DNA of 55,318 nt from Gaiellaceae bacterium (GTDB taxonomy: Bacteria; Actinomycetota; Thermoleophilia; Gaiellales; Gaiellaceae), in assembly GCA_036723535.1 (NCBI GenBank), contig DAIMGZ010000001.1, positions 1-55,318 of the forward strand, given 5' to 3'. The notes below the pieces were generated by a model. The model did no database searches. It was given only the letters and a program-made list of their open reading frames with translations, and was not told the DNA's origin. Position 1 is the stretch's first letter. Every line of letters begins with the position of its first letter. Of this stretch, positions 28,518-38,739 are shown piece by piece. The position numbers and the translations under genes were made by a program.

Positions 28518-30398
28518 ATGAACCTGCTCGCGCAGGAGACGAGCCCGTACCTCCTCCAGCATGCGGACAATCCGGTCGACTGGCATCCGTGGGGGGAGGA
28601 GGCGCTCGGCCGCGCCCGCGCGGAGGGGAAGCCGTTGCTCGTCTCGATCGGCTACTCCTCCTGCCACTGGTGCCACGTGATGGAGCGCGAGTCGTTCGCC
28701 GACGAGGCGACCGCCTCGCTCATGAACGAGCTCTACGTCAGCGTCAAGGTCGACCGTGAGGAGCGGCCGGATGTCGACGCGGTGTACATGGACGCCGTCG
28801 TCGCCCTCACCGGCCAGGGTGGGTGGCCGCTCACCGTCTTCCTCACGCCCGACGGCGAGCCGTTCTTCGGCGGCACGTACTTCCCGCCCGAGCCCCGGCA
28901 CGGCCTGCCCTCGTTCCGGCAGGTGCTGCGCGCGGTCGCCGACGCGTACCGGGAGCGGCCGGAGGACGTCGCGGCGCAGGCCGAGGCGCTCGTCGGCGCG
29001 CTGCGCCGCGCGGCGGAGACCGAGCCGTCGCGCGAGCCGCTCACGGAGGCGCTGCTCGCCGAGGCTGAGCGCGTCCTGATCTCCCAGCTCGACCCGCGCT
29101 GGGGCGGCTTCGGCCACGCGCCGAAGTTCCCGCCCGCGTCGGCGCTCGAGTTCCTCCTACGGCGGCGGGCGCTCGACCCGGTGCTCCTCACGCTCGACGG
29201 GATGGCGGCGGGCGGGATGCACGACCTCGTCGGCGGGGGCTTTCACCGCTACTCCGTCGACGCGCAGTGGCTCGTGCCGCACTTCGAGAAGATGCTCTAC
29301 GACAACGCGCTCCTGGTCCCGCCGTACCTCCACGCCTGGCTGCTCACGGGAGAGGAGCGGTACCGCGAGGCGGCCGAGCGGACGCTCGACTACATGGTGC
29401 GCGAGCTGCGGCTGCCGGGCGGCGGATTCGCCTCCTCGCAGGACGCGGACACGGACGGCGTCGAGGGGCTCACGTACGCGTGGACGGCCGAGGAGGGAGC
29501 GCCGCCCGAGCTGCTGGAGCCGTTCGAGCACGGGCGCTCGATCGTGCGCGGGCAGCTCGACGAGGAGACGCGGGTACGACTTCTGGAGATTCGCGCCCGC
29601 CGGCCACAACCCGCCCTGGACGACAAGGTCATCGCGTCGTGGAACGGGCTCGCGCTCGCTGCGCTGGCGGAGGGAGCGCGCCGCCTCGCTCGTCCCGACC
29701 TCCTCGCCGCTGCGCGCGAGCTGGGGGCGTTGCTCGCGGTCGATCCCCTGTGGCGGACGCTGCGCGACGGCCGCGCGAAGTATCCCGCCTATCTCGACGA
29801 CTACGCGAACGTCGCGCACGGCCTCTACGAGCTGCACGTCGCGACCGGCGAGCTCCGCTGGCTACGGGAGGCGCGGCGGCTCGCGCTCCTCGCTGTCGAG
29901 CTGTTCGGCGACTCGGAGCGCGGCGGCTTCTTCCTCACTCCGCTGGACGGCGAGCCACTCGTCGCGCGGCAGAAGGCCTTCGACGACAACCCGACCCCGG
30001 CGGGGAGCTCGATGCTCGCGTTCGTCCTGCTGCGGCTCGCCAGGATCTGGGGCGACGACGAGCTCGAGCGGCAGGCGGTGGGAGCGCTGCGCCTCGTCCG
30101 CGATCTCCTCGCCCGGGCGCCGACCGCGTTCGGCTGGGCGCTCTGTGCGCTCGACCTCCACCTCTCACCGCCGCGCGAGCTTGCCATCATCGGCGGCGCG
30201 GAATCGGACGTCGCCCGCGCCGCCCTTGCCGGCTTCGACCCGAACGCCGTCGTCGCCTTCGGCCCCGCCGACGACGTCCCGCTGCTCGAGGGGAAGGAGC
30301 TCGTCGACGCAAACCCCGCGGTCTACGTCTGCGAGCGCTTCGCCTGCCAGGCGCCTATCGTGAGCGGGCGAGACCTGCGGTCTCGCCCGCTGGGGTAA
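28518..30398 (+). CDS. Thioredoxin-domain protein (DUF255/YyaL-type, with six-hairpin glycosidase-like C-domain)
   Basis: [29 protein letters not shown]...[23 protein letters not shown], then a long alpha/alpha-toroid-like region. Confidence 0.85.
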   Translation: MNLLAQETSPYLLQHADNPVDWHPWGEEALGRARAEGKPLLVSIGYSSCHWCHVMERESFADEATASLMNELYVSVKVDREERPDVDAVYMDAVVALTGQGGWPLTVFLTPDGEPFFGGTYFPPEPRHGLPSFRQVLRAVADAYRERPEDVAAQAEALVGALRRAAETEPSREPLTEALLAEAERVLISQLDPRWGGFGHAPKFPPASALEFLLRRRALDPVLLTLDGMAAGGMHDLVGGGFHRYSVDAQWLVPHFEKMLYDNALLVPPYLHAWLLTGEERYREAAERTLDYMVRELRLPGGGFASSQDADTDGVEGLTYAWTAEEGAPPELLEPFEHGRSIVRGQLDEETRVRLLEIRARRPQPALDDKVIASWNGLALAALAEGARRLARPDLLAAARELGALLAVDPLWRTLRDGRAKYPAYLDDYANVAHGLYELHVATGELRWLREARRLALLAVELFGDSERGGFFLTPLDGEPLVARQKAFDDNPTPAGSSMLAFVLLRLARIWGDDELERQAVGALRLVRDLLARAPTAFGWALCALDLHLSPPRELAIIGGAESDVARAALAGFDPNAVVAFGPADDVPLLEGKELVDANPAVYVCERFACQAPIVSGRDLRSRPLG

Positions 30399-30407
30399 CG
30401 GAACTCC

Positions 30408-30437
30408 GCGCGGTCGAGAGCGTGGTCTCGACCGCGC
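30408..30437 (+). terminator. Candidate intrinsic terminator after the thioredoxin-domain gene
   Basis: 12-bp stem gcgcggtcgaga/tctcgaccgcgc with 6-nt loop, followed by tccgtgctgctctttggttt (interrupted T-rich tail). Confidence 0.45.
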
Positions 30438-30439
30438 TC

Positions 30440-30653
30440 CGTGCTGCTCTTTGGTTTAGACGTTTCGAACCTTCACCAAGGCAAGGGCGGCGGCATAACG
30501 GTGCGTTACGACGCCGCCGGAGTAGCGAGCGCGCACGCCGCAGGCTTGCGCGCTCGCGACGGAAGCGCGGTCTGAACCTTGCGTCAGCCCTCTTGTGCTC
30601 TCAGCACGGAGCCGGCCGGAGACCCCGCTCTCCGGCCGGCGCAGCTCGTTTTT
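30440..30653 (+). ncRNA. Candidate structured small RNA or long 3'UTR (unclassified)
   Basis: No plausible ORF. Successive perfect stems: ggcggcg/cgccgcc, gcgagcgcgca/tgcgcgctcgc, gtgct/agcac, and gccggccggaga/tctccggccggc (30611-30640, C-rich loop ccccgc). A T5 run follows 8 nt later. Confidence 0.25.
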
Positions 30654-30656
30654 CTC

Positions 30657-30683
30657 GGGGCGAAGAGCGCAGCTCTTCGCCCC
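30657..30683 (-). terminator. Tail-less GC hairpin immediately downstream of livK
   Basis: 12-bp stem ggggcgaagagc/gctcttcgcccc with 3-nt loop, 6 nt past the livK stop. No U-tract on the minus strand. Confidence 0.35.
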
Positions 30684-30689
30684 GCTATA

Positions 30690-31955
30690 TCAATGGAGGC
30701 CGCTGAAGATCTTGCCGAAGGCGTGCCAGTCGCCGCCCGCGCCGCCGCTCCACTTGGTGAAGATCAGCTGCTCCATCGGGAAGGTCCGCGTCTTCGAGGT
30801 CTGGACAGTCATCCCGGGGTAGATGAACGGGTTCTTGGTCTCCTTCATGTGCCGCAGCGCCTTCATCAGGCTCGCCCGCGTCGGGCTCTTGCCCGCGTGC
30901 TTGAGCGCGTCGACGAACGTCCACGCCGAGGCGAGCCCGTAGACGAGGTTCAGGTCGCCCGTCGCGAAGTCCTGGTCGAGGGCAGGTGCGTACTTGTGGA
31001 TGATGCTCTTCGCGAGCTTCATCCCCGGCAGGCTCGGCTGCTGCGTCTGGCTCCCGACGTAGGTCGTGGAGATGATCCCGTTGAGACTGGCCCCGTTCTG
31101 GCCGGCGGCTAGCTCGAACAGGCGGTTCCCGGACACGTTGTTGACGAACGTCAGCGGGTCCCAGCCGATCAGCGTCCTGGCCACGAGCGACTGGATGGTC
31201 GCCGTCGGCGTCGCGAAGATCACGAACGTGTCCGCCCCGTGCGCCCGCAGCGCTACGACGTGGGCCGCGATCACCTGGGCGGAATCGCCGAGGTTGTAGG
31301 ACTCGGCGTCGACGATCTGGCTCGCGTGCGAGCCGAGCCCGGTCTTCAGGCCGCCGAGGTAGTTCTTGCCGTAGGCGTCGTTCTGGTAGATGACGCCGAT
31401 CTTCGCGCCCGCCTTGTGCGCGAGGATGTACTTCGCATAGAGCTTCGCCTCGCCCGGATAGTCCGGCTGCCACCCGAGTGTCCACGGCTTCGTCGAGCCC
31501 TGGCACTTGTGGTGGACGCAGTTGCCCCAGAAGGCGTCGCCGGTCGCGACGAGCACCTGCGGCACGTGCCTCTTGTTGAGGTAGTCCCACGTGGAGAGGA
31601 TCGGCGCGGTGCCGAGGCTGCCGACGACCGCGAAGACGTGATCCTGCTCGACGAGCTTCTGTGTCTGCGGCACCGTCTGGGCGGGGTTGTACGCGTCGTC
31701 GAGGACGATGTCCTGGATCTTGCGGTGGAAGACGCCGCCGTGCGCGTTGACGTAGGCGTAGTAGGCCGCCTCCGCCGCCGGGATCGTCTTGTAGAGCGAC
31801 GCGGGACCGGTCAGCGGGAACGTGCCGCCGATCACGATCTTCTTCTTCGACACGCCCGGCGTGCCCGTGTGTGAAGCGGCCGCTGCGCCTGCCGCCGCGG
31901 CTGTTACGAGAAGAGCGCAGAGCAGCGCTCCAAGCTTCCTGCGGTTAACAGCCAT
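30690..31955 (-). CDS. livK: Liv-type (Peripla_BP_6) ABC transporter substrate-binding protein
   Basis: Signal peptide MAVNRRKLGALLCALLVTAAAAGAAAA and LivJ/K-like body (IVIGGTFPLTGPAS..., GVIYQNDAYGK...). Confidence 0.85.
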   Translation of the reverse strand: MAVNRRKLGALLCALLVTAAAAGAAAASHTGTPGVSKKKIVIGGTFPLTGPASLYKTIPAAEAAYYAYVNAHGGVFHRKIQDIVLDDAYNPAQTVPQTQKLVEQDHVFAVVGSLGTAPILSTWDYLNKRHVPQVLVATGDAFWGNCVHHKCQGSTKPWTLGWQPDYPGEAKLYAKYILAHKAGAKIGVIYQNDAYGKNYLGGLKTGLGSHASQIVDAESYNLGDSAQVIAAHVVALRAHGADTFVIFATPTATIQSLVARTLIGWDPLTFVNNVSGNRLFELAAGQNGASLNGIISTTYVGSQTQQPSLPGMKLAKSIIHKYAPALDQDFATGDLNLVYGLASAWTFVDALKHAGKSPTRASLMKALRHMKETKNPFIYPGMTVQTSKTRTFPMEQLIFTKWSGGAGGDWHAFGKIFSGLH

Positions 31956-32029
31956 GCGCCCCTCCTGCGGGTCGGTTGTGTCCGTAGAGACGAGTTCCGG
32001 AGCAGTTTGATTGAGACTCTACTCGCGGC

Positions 32030-32956
32030 TCAAGCGCGCCGCAGCCGTGCGAGCAGACCGGCAAAGCCGCCGGGAAGCAGGAGCATGACGAGGACTACCG
32101 CGGCGCCGAAGACGACGTCGCGGCCGTGGTCCGAGCCGATCACCGGCACGCTGCTCGAGACGGCGGGCAGGAGCCCGACGAAGGCGGCGCCTACGAGGAC
32201 TCCCCAGAGCGAGCCGAGCCCTGCGACGGCGGCGCCGATGAGGAGCTGGAGCGAGAGGATGACGCCGAACTCGTCCGGGGCCGCGAAGCCGTTGGTTGCG
32301 AGGACGAACAGGGAGCCGGCGACGCCGGCGTAGGCGGCGGAGATCCCGAAGGCGAGCGTCTTGTAGACGGGCAGCTCGATTCCGGACGCGACAGCCGCGA
32401 TCTCGCTGTCGCGGACCGCGCGGAAGGCACGGCCGACGCGGCCGCGCAGGATCAGCCAGGCGAGCACGAAGAGGATCGCGGAAGCCGTCCAGGCGGCTCC
32501 GTAGAGCCAGAAGTGGCTGACGGTCCGGGACGTTTGGACGCCGTCCCTCCCCCCGAGGAAATTCGACCACTTCAGCGGCAGCTGCGGCACCGAGACCGCG
32601 AGGGCGAACGTCGCGAGGGCGAGGTAGACGCCCGAGAGCCGCAGCGCGGGCAGCCCGACGAGCAGGCCGAAGAGGAAGCAGATCGCGAAGGCCGCGAGCA
32701 TCGTGACGACGAGGTTCGTGTGGTGGTCGCGCGACAGCACCGCGGTCGTGTACCCGCCGATCGCCATGAAAGCGCCGTGGCCGATCGAGATCTGGCCCGT
32801 GTAGCCGGTGAGGATGTTGAGGCCGAGCACCGCGATGAAGAAGATCCCCACCTGCGCCGCAAGCGCGACGTGGTAGGCGCTCAGGGTGAACGGCAGCCCG
32901 GCGAGCACCCCCGCGACCACGACGAGCAAGACGAGGGCGGGGAGATGCCGCTTCAT
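32030..32956 (-). CDS. livM: Branched-chain-type ABC transporter permease
   Basis: Internal ATG 32956 (ATGA overlap with livH). GLNILTGYTGQISIGHGAFMAIGGY motif. Confidence 0.88.
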   Translation of the reverse strand: MKRHLPALVLLVVVAGVLAGLPFTLSAYHVALAAQVGIFFIAVLGLNILTGYTGQISIGHGAFMAIGGYTTAVLSRDHHTNLVVTMLAAFAICFLFGLLVGLPALRLSGVYLALATFALAVSVPQLPLKWSNFLGGRDGVQTSRTVSHFWLYGAAWTASAILFVLAWLILRGRVGRAFRAVRDSEIAAVASGIELPVYKTLAFGISAAYAGVAGSLFVLATNGFAAPDEFGVILSLQLLIGAAVAGLGSLWGVLVGAAFVGLLPAVSSSVPVIGSDHGRDVVFGAAVVLVMLLLPGGFAGLLARLRRA

Positions 32957-33921
32957 ACGCGCCGCACCTCCCGGCGCCCGAAGAGCCCCGACGGCTTGAT
33001 CAGGAGCACGACGACGAGGACGGCGAAGGCGAACGGGAGCTGCAGCTCGGAGCTGATCGCCGGCACGTACTGGACGACGAGATTGAGGGAGACCCCGATC
33101 GCGAGCCCGCCGACGACCGCTCCCGCCGGGCTCTCGAGGCCGCCGAGAACGGCTGCGGCGAACGCATAGACGAGGATCGGCTGCATCAGGGTCGGGTCGA
33201 GAAAGAACTGCGACGGCTCGGCCATCAGTCCCGCGACGGCGCCGAGCACCGCAGCGAGACCCCAGCCGATCGCGAGCATCCAGTCGACACGGACGCCGAC
33301 GAGGGCCGCCTCCGCCGGCCGGAACGCCGCCGCGCGCATGCCGAGGCCGAGCTTCGTGAACCGGAAGAGGGCCCAGACGAGCAGCACCGAGATGAGGACG
33401 ACGCCGAGCATCCCGGGGTACAGCCGTGCGATGGAGACGCCGCCAACGCGGTAGATCTTGTTCCCGAACGGCGCCGGCATGGACTTGAAGGCGCCTCCCC
33501 AGATCCAGTTGACGACGCCGTCGACGAGGATGAAGAGGCCGACGGTGACGATGACCGCGGCGATCACCGAGCGGCGCTGCACGGGCCGCACGAGCACGAC
33601 CTCGAGCACGGTCCCGAGCGCGAACGCGATCGCGAGCGTCGCAAAGAACGCTTCCCAGTACGACAGGCCCCACTGGATGAGCTGGTAGGCGACGTATGTC
33701 GTCGCCATCGCGAGCTCGCCCTGCGCGAAGTTGACGACGCGGGTCGCGCGGTAGACGAGGACGAGCGCGAGCGCGAGGCTGCCGTAGACCGCCCCGAGCG
33801 CGATCCCCTGGACCGTCAGCTGCGCGAAGGTCGCGCTGCGCAGCGAGCCGACGAGGAGTCCTGCAGCCGCGGCGACGAGGAGCAAGCTGATGGGCGGCGG
33901 GAGGCGTTCGAGCGTGGGCAC
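32953..33921 (-). CDS. livH: Branched-chain-type ABC transporter permease
   Basis: GIALGAVYGSLALALVLVYRATRVVNFAQGE motif and about 8 TM segments. Confidence 0.88.
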   Translation of the reverse strand: MPTLERLPPPISLLLVAAAAGLLVGSLRSATFAQLTVQGIALGAVYGSLALALVLVYRATRVVNFAQGELAMATTYVAYQLIQWGLSYWEAFFATLAIAFALGTVLEVVLVRPVQRRSVIAAVIVTVGLFILVDGVVNWIWGGAFKSMPAPFGNKIYRVGGVSIARLYPGMLGVVLISVLLVWALFRFTKLGLGMRAAAFRPAEAALVGVRVDWMLAIGWGLAAVLGAVAGLMAEPSQFFLDPTLMQPILVYAFAAAVLGGLESPAGAVVGGLAIGVSLNLVVQYVPAISSELQLPFAFAVLVVVLLIKPSGLFGRREVRRV

Positions 33922-33925
33922 GGAC

Positions 33926-34629
<704 letters not shown>

Positions 34630-34633
<4 letters not shown>

Positions 34634-35361
34634 GCCGCCAGTTCCCCGCCGAGATAGGCCTCGATCACCGCCGGGTCGCGCTGCACTTCGGCAGGCGCGC
34701 CGGCCGCGATCGTCCGTCCGAAGTCGAGGACGTGGACGTGCTCGCAGACCTCCATCACCAGCCGCATGTGGTGCTCGACGAGGAGGATCGTCAGCTCGCG
34801 CTCGTCGCGCAGCCGCCGGACGAGGCCGACGAGCTCGTCGACCTCCTCGTGGTTGAGCCCGCCTGCCGGCTCGTCGAGGAGGAGCAGCCGCGGCCGGCTC
34901 GCGAGGGCGCGCGCCAGCTCGACACGCTTGAGCGTCCCGAACGGGAGGCCGGACGCCCGACGCGCGGCGTGCTCGGCGATCCCGACGTCGGCCAGCGTCT
35001 CGAGCGCGAGACGCTGCTGGTCGCGCTCCCGCTTTAGGCGGGTCGCGGCATGGGCGCCTATGAGGACGTTCTCCAGCACCGTGAGCGTCGGGAACAGCTC
35101 GAGATTCTGGAAGGTGCGGGCGATCCCGAGCCGGATCACGCGGCTCGGCCGGACCCGCCGGAGCGAGCGGCCGTCGAAGACGACGTCCCCCGCGTCGAGC
35201 CGATAGAGGCGCGTGATCGCGTTGAAGGCCGTCGTCTTCCCGGCGCCGTTCGGGCCGATCAGGCCGACGATCGAGCCTTCCGCGACCTCGAGGGAGACGT
35301 CGTCGAGCGCGACGATCCCGCCGAAACGCAGCCGAGCGTGGTCGAGTGCCAGGAGCGCCAT
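34630..35361 (-). CDS. livG: Branched-chain-type ABC transporter ATP-binding protein
   Basis: GPNGAGKTTAFN, LPFGTLKRVELARAL, LLLLDEPAGGLN, and a C-terminal LivG-type extension. Confidence 0.9.
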
Positions 35362-35366
35362 GCGAC

Positions 35367-36302
35367 TCAGTCGGCGGCTTGCAGCGATTGGCCGCCGGCT
35401 GACTGCATCCCGGCGAGCATGCCGGGCGGCGCGGCTCCGTCGGGGAAGCGCGCCAGCAGCTCGTCGAGGAGCGCGTCGGGCTCCCAGCCGTCCGGAGCAT
35501 CGAGCAGCTCGCCGGCGCTCCAGCCGCGGAGGACGTTCACGGCGCCGCCCCAGACATGGATGACCTGGCCCGTGATCGCCTGCGCCTCGTCGGCGCAGAG
35601 CGCGACGACGACGGCCGAGACGTTCGCCGGGTCGAGTGGGTCGAAGCCCTCCGGCGGCGCTTCCATCTGGAACGTCTCCTCCGTCATGCGCGTGCGCGCG
35701 TTCGGCGCGAGGCAGTTGACGGTGACGCCGTAGCGCTGCAGCTCCTGCGCGGCGATGATCGTGAACCCCGCGATGCCCGCCTTCGCCGCGCCGTAGTTCG
35801 CCTGGCCGACGTTGCCGAAGACGCCCGACGGGCTGGAGGTGTTGATGACCCTGCCGCGCACCTCCTCGCCTGCCTTCGACTGCTCGCGCCAGTAGGCGGC
35901 GGCGTGTCTAGTGGGTGCGAAGTGCCCCTTGAGGTGGACGGCGAGGACGGCGTCCCACTCGTCCTCGGTCATGTTCACGAGCATCCGGTCGCGGAGGATC
36001 CCGGCGTTGTTGACGAGGATGTCGAGCCGGCCGAACTCGTCGATCGCCTGCTGCACGAGCCGTTCCGCACCCACGAAGTCCGCGACGTTCTCGCCGTTCG
36101 TCGACGCCTCGCCGCCCGCGGCGCGGATCTCCTCGACGACCTGCTCCGCCGGGCCGGAATCGGAGCCCTCGCCGGCGAGCCCGGCGCCGAGGTCGTTGAC
36201 GACGACCTTCGCTCCGGCGCGGGCGAGCGCGAGCGCATGCGAGCGGCCGATGCCGCGGCCAGCTCCCGTGACGATCGCGACCTTGCCGTTCAGATCCGGC
36301 AT
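35367..36302 (-). CDS. SDR family oxidoreductase with C-terminal extension (hydroxyacyl-CoA dehydrogenase-like)
   Basis: TGAGRGIGR cofactor motif, NNAG, and the catalytic YGAAK. Its stop is 5 nt before the livG start. Confidence 0.88.
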   Translation of the reverse strand: MPDLNGKVAIVTGAGRGIGRSHALALARAGAKVVVNDLGAGLAGEGSDSGPAEQVVEEIRAAGGEASTNGENVADFVGAERLVQQAIDEFGRLDILVNNAGILRDRMLVNMTEDEWDAVLAVHLKGHFAPTRHAAAYWREQSKAGEEVRGRVINTSSPSGVFGNVGQANYGAAKAGIAGFTIIAAQELQRYGVTVNCLAPNARTRMTEETFQMEAPPEGFDPLDPANVSAVVVALCADEAQAITGQVIHVWGGAVNVLRGWSAGELLDAPDGWEPDALLDELLARFPDGAAPPGMLAGMQSAGGQSLQAAD

Positions 36303-36312
36303 GGTGCGCAGC

Positions 36313-36624
36313 TTATTCGCCGCCGTCGTAGCGCTCGAGGTAGTGCGGGCTCGCGATCCGCAGCCGCTCCTCGACGTTCGCCTTCACGCGGACGAGCGTG
36401 CCGGCCGGGACGTCGCCGGCCCGGATCCGCGCCGCTAGCTCGCGCTGCTCGACGTCGTCCTCCGGCGGTAGCTTCGCGAGCTCGCGCCGGACGATGCTGA
36501 GCGCGTTGAGCGCGACGAGCGTGCGGAAGCGGAGTCGGCGGTCGTCCAGCGTGGGGAGGATCTCGCCGGCGAGGAACTCCTCGATCGCCTCCGCGAGCTC
36601 TTCCGGCGTGGGACGGTCGCTCAC
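36313..36624 (-). CDS. 103-aa acidic helical protein coupled to the kinase-like gene (LvaB-like / DUF partner)
   Basis: GTG 36624 overlaps the upstream stop (GTGA). VSDRPTPEELAEAIEEFLAGEILPTLDDRRLRFRTLVALNALSIVRREL.... Confidence 0.6.
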   Translation of the reverse strand: MSDRPTPEELAEAIEEFLAGEILPTLDDRRLRFRTLVALNALSIVRRELAKLPPEDDVEQRELAARIRAGDVPAGTLVRVKANVEERLRIASPHYLERYDGGE

Positions 36625-37553
36625 GTGACGCCCTGCCCCTCGAGCAGGTGGCAGATCTCGTACTCGACCTCGGCGCCGAGCCGGCCGAGGATCGCGAGCT
36701 CGACGCTGCGGTCCTGCCCCGTCAGGTGCCGCCGCGCCTGCGTGAGGCAGCCGATCGCCCAGGCGACGTTTCCGGCGAGCTCCCAGTAGTCGAGCTCCTC
36801 GGGCCGCACGTCGAAGCCGGTCAGCTCGTTGTAGCGCTCGAGGTACGGCTCGACGTCGCCGATCCCGCCGAGCCTGAGGTTGTCCGCACCGAAGCGCCAC
36901 GCGCGGACGAGCGCGAAGCTGAGGTCCCGGGCGGGATCGTCGAGGTGCGCGAACTCCCAGTCGAGAACGCCGACGAGGCCCGTCCCGTCGACTACGAGGT
37001 TGCCGATGCGGAAGTCGCCGTGGACGACGACCGGCTGACGGGCGGGCGGCCGGTGCTCGCGCAGCCACCAGAGTCCGAGCTCGATCGCCGGATGCGGTTC
37101 CGCGATCTCGTCGAGCTCCTCGACGAGCCGGTCGACTGTGGCCTCCTCGAGGAACGGCAGCTCCTCCGGCGGCAGGGCGTGGATCTTGGCCAGCTCCTCC
37201 GCCATCTGCACCGGCAGCCGCTCGGGCACGTCCATGCGCACGATGCGGCGGCCGATCGTCTCGCCCTCCAGCCGCTCCATCACGAACGCCTCTCGCCCGT
37301 CGAGGTCCTCGATGTAGGCGACCGGCCGTGGCGACTTCACGCCCGCCTCGTACGCCGCACCCAGGACCTCGAACTCGTGCCGCAGCGAGAGCGTGTGCCG
37401 GTGGATGACGCCGCCCCCTGCTCGCCTGACAAGCAGCGGCTCGTCGGCGGCGTCGACCGCCCACGCCTCCTTCGACGCGCCGCCCGCGAGCAGCACGGGC
37501 TCGGAGATGGGCCCGAGCACCGCCTGGAGCGCCTCGCGCATGTCTGCGATCAT
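36621..37553 (-). CDS. Phosphotransferase (APH/ChoK-like kinase) family protein, ACAD-associated type
   Basis: Brenner-type catalytic motif VVHGDFRIGNLVVD and DWEFAHLDDPARDL. Start is either 37553 (MIADMREAL) or 37595. Confidence 0.82.
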   Translation of the reverse strand: MIADMREALQAVLGPISEPVLLAGGASKEAWAVDAADEPLLVRRAGGGVIHRHTLSLRHEFEVLGAAYEAGVKSPRPVAYIEDLDGREAFVMERLEGETIGRRIVRMDVPERLPVQMAEELAKIHALPPEELPFLEEATVDRLVEELDEIAEPHPAIELGLWWLREHRPPARQPVVVHGDFRIGNLVVDGTGLVGVLDWEFAHLDDPARDLSFALVRAWRFGADNLRLGGIGDVEPYLERYNELTGFDVRPEELDYWELAGNVAWAIGCLTQARRHLTGQDRSVELAILGRLGAEVEYEICHLLEGQGVT

Positions 37554-38739
37554 CGCCGCTGTGGCTGACCGGCGCGAGAGCGTGCGCGCGTTCATGGAGG
37601 AGCACGTCTATCCGAATGAACGGGCGCTGACGGGAGAGGACGACGCGGCCGACGCGCTCGTCCGCGAGTTGCAGCAGAAGGCGAAGGACGCGGGCCTCTG
37701 GGCTCCGCACCTGCCGCCGGAGGCGGGCGGCTCCGGCAGCGGCTTCCTCGAGTACGCGCACCTCAACGAGGAGATCGGACGCAGCTTCGTCGCGCAGCTG
37801 ATCTTCGGCTGTCAGGCGCCCGACGCCGGCAACGCCGAGATCCTCCACCTCTACGGCACCGCCGAGCAGAAGGAGCGCTTCCTTCGCCCGCTCGTCGCCG
37901 GCGAGGTGCGCTCCTTCTTCGGCATGACCGAGCCGGAGGTGGCGGGCTCCGACCCGACGCTCCTCCGCGGCCGGGCGGAGCGGGACGGCGACGAGTGGGT
38001 GATCGACGCGCACAAATGGTTCTCGTCCGGCGCCGACGGCGCCGCCTTCGGGATCGTCATGGTCGTGACCGAGCCCGAGGCCGAGCCGCACCGGCGCGCC
38101 TCGATGATCCTCGTCCCGACCGACACGCCCGGCTACGAGCTCGTGCGCCGCGTCCCGGTGATGGGGCACGAGGGCCGCGGCTGGGGGACGCACTGCGAGA
38201 CGCGCTTCAGCGGAGTCCGCGTCCCGCTTGCGAACACGCTCGGCGAGCCCGGCGACGGCTTCCGGATCGCGCAGAAGCGGCTCGGGCCGGGCCGGATCCA
38301 CCACGTCATGCGCTGGCTCGGGCAGATGGAGCGCGCCTTCGAGCTCATGTGCGCCCGCGCGCTCGAGCGAGAGGCGTTCGGCGGCCCGCTCGCTGAGAAG
38401 CAGACCGTCCAGAACTGGATCGCCGAGTCGGCCGCCGACATCCAGGCGTGCCGGCTGATGACGCTGCAGGCCGCACACCGCCTCGACGAGGGAGATGAGG
38501 CACGGGTCGAGATCTCGCTGATCAAGTTCCACGCGGCGCGCGTGCTGGGCGAGGTGCTCGACCGCGCGATCCAGGTGCACGGCGGGCTCGGCCTCACCGA
38601 CGACACGCCGCTCGCGCTCATGTGGCGGATGGCCCGCGGCGGCCGCATCTACGACGGGCCCGACGAGGTGCACAAGACCGTCGTCGCGCGCCGGATCCTG
38701 CGCGCGTTCTCCGAGGGGGACGGCTGGCGCTTCACGTAG
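37540..38739 (+). CDS. Acyl-CoA dehydrogenase family protein
   Basis: FFGMTEPEVAGSDP, KWFSSGA, and the C-terminal IQVHGGLGLTDDTPLALMWRMARGGRIYDGPDEVH. The start is uncertain (ATG 37540 or GTG 37561). Divergent from the kinase-like gene. Confidence 0.88.
   Translation: MSAIIAAVADRRESVRAFMEEHVYPNERALTGEDDAADALVRELQQKAKDAGLWAPHLPPEAGGSGSGFLEYAHLNEEIGRSFVAQLIFGCQAPDAGNAEILHLYGTAEQKERFLRPLVAGEVRSFFGMTEPEVAGSDPTLLRGRAERDGDEWVIDAHKWFSSGADGAAFGIVMVVTEPEAEPHRRASMILVPTDTPGYELVRRVPVMGHEGRGWGTHCETRFSGVRVPLANTLGEPGDGFRIAQKRLGPGRIHHVMRWLGQMERAFELMCARALEREAFGGPLAEKQTVQNWIAESAADIQACRLMTLQAAHRLDEGDEARVEISLIKFHAARVLGEVLDRAIQVHGGLGLTDDTPLALMWRMARGGRIYDGPDEVHKTVVARRILRAFSEGDGWRFT

Noticed and set aside
30440-30653. 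Assignment of the structured intergenic RNA to SRP/4.5S, 6S, tmRNA or RNase P.
   Set aside because: None of the conserved motifs I can recall for these families (for example the SRP domain IV GGAA/AGCA loops) line up. It is left unclassified.
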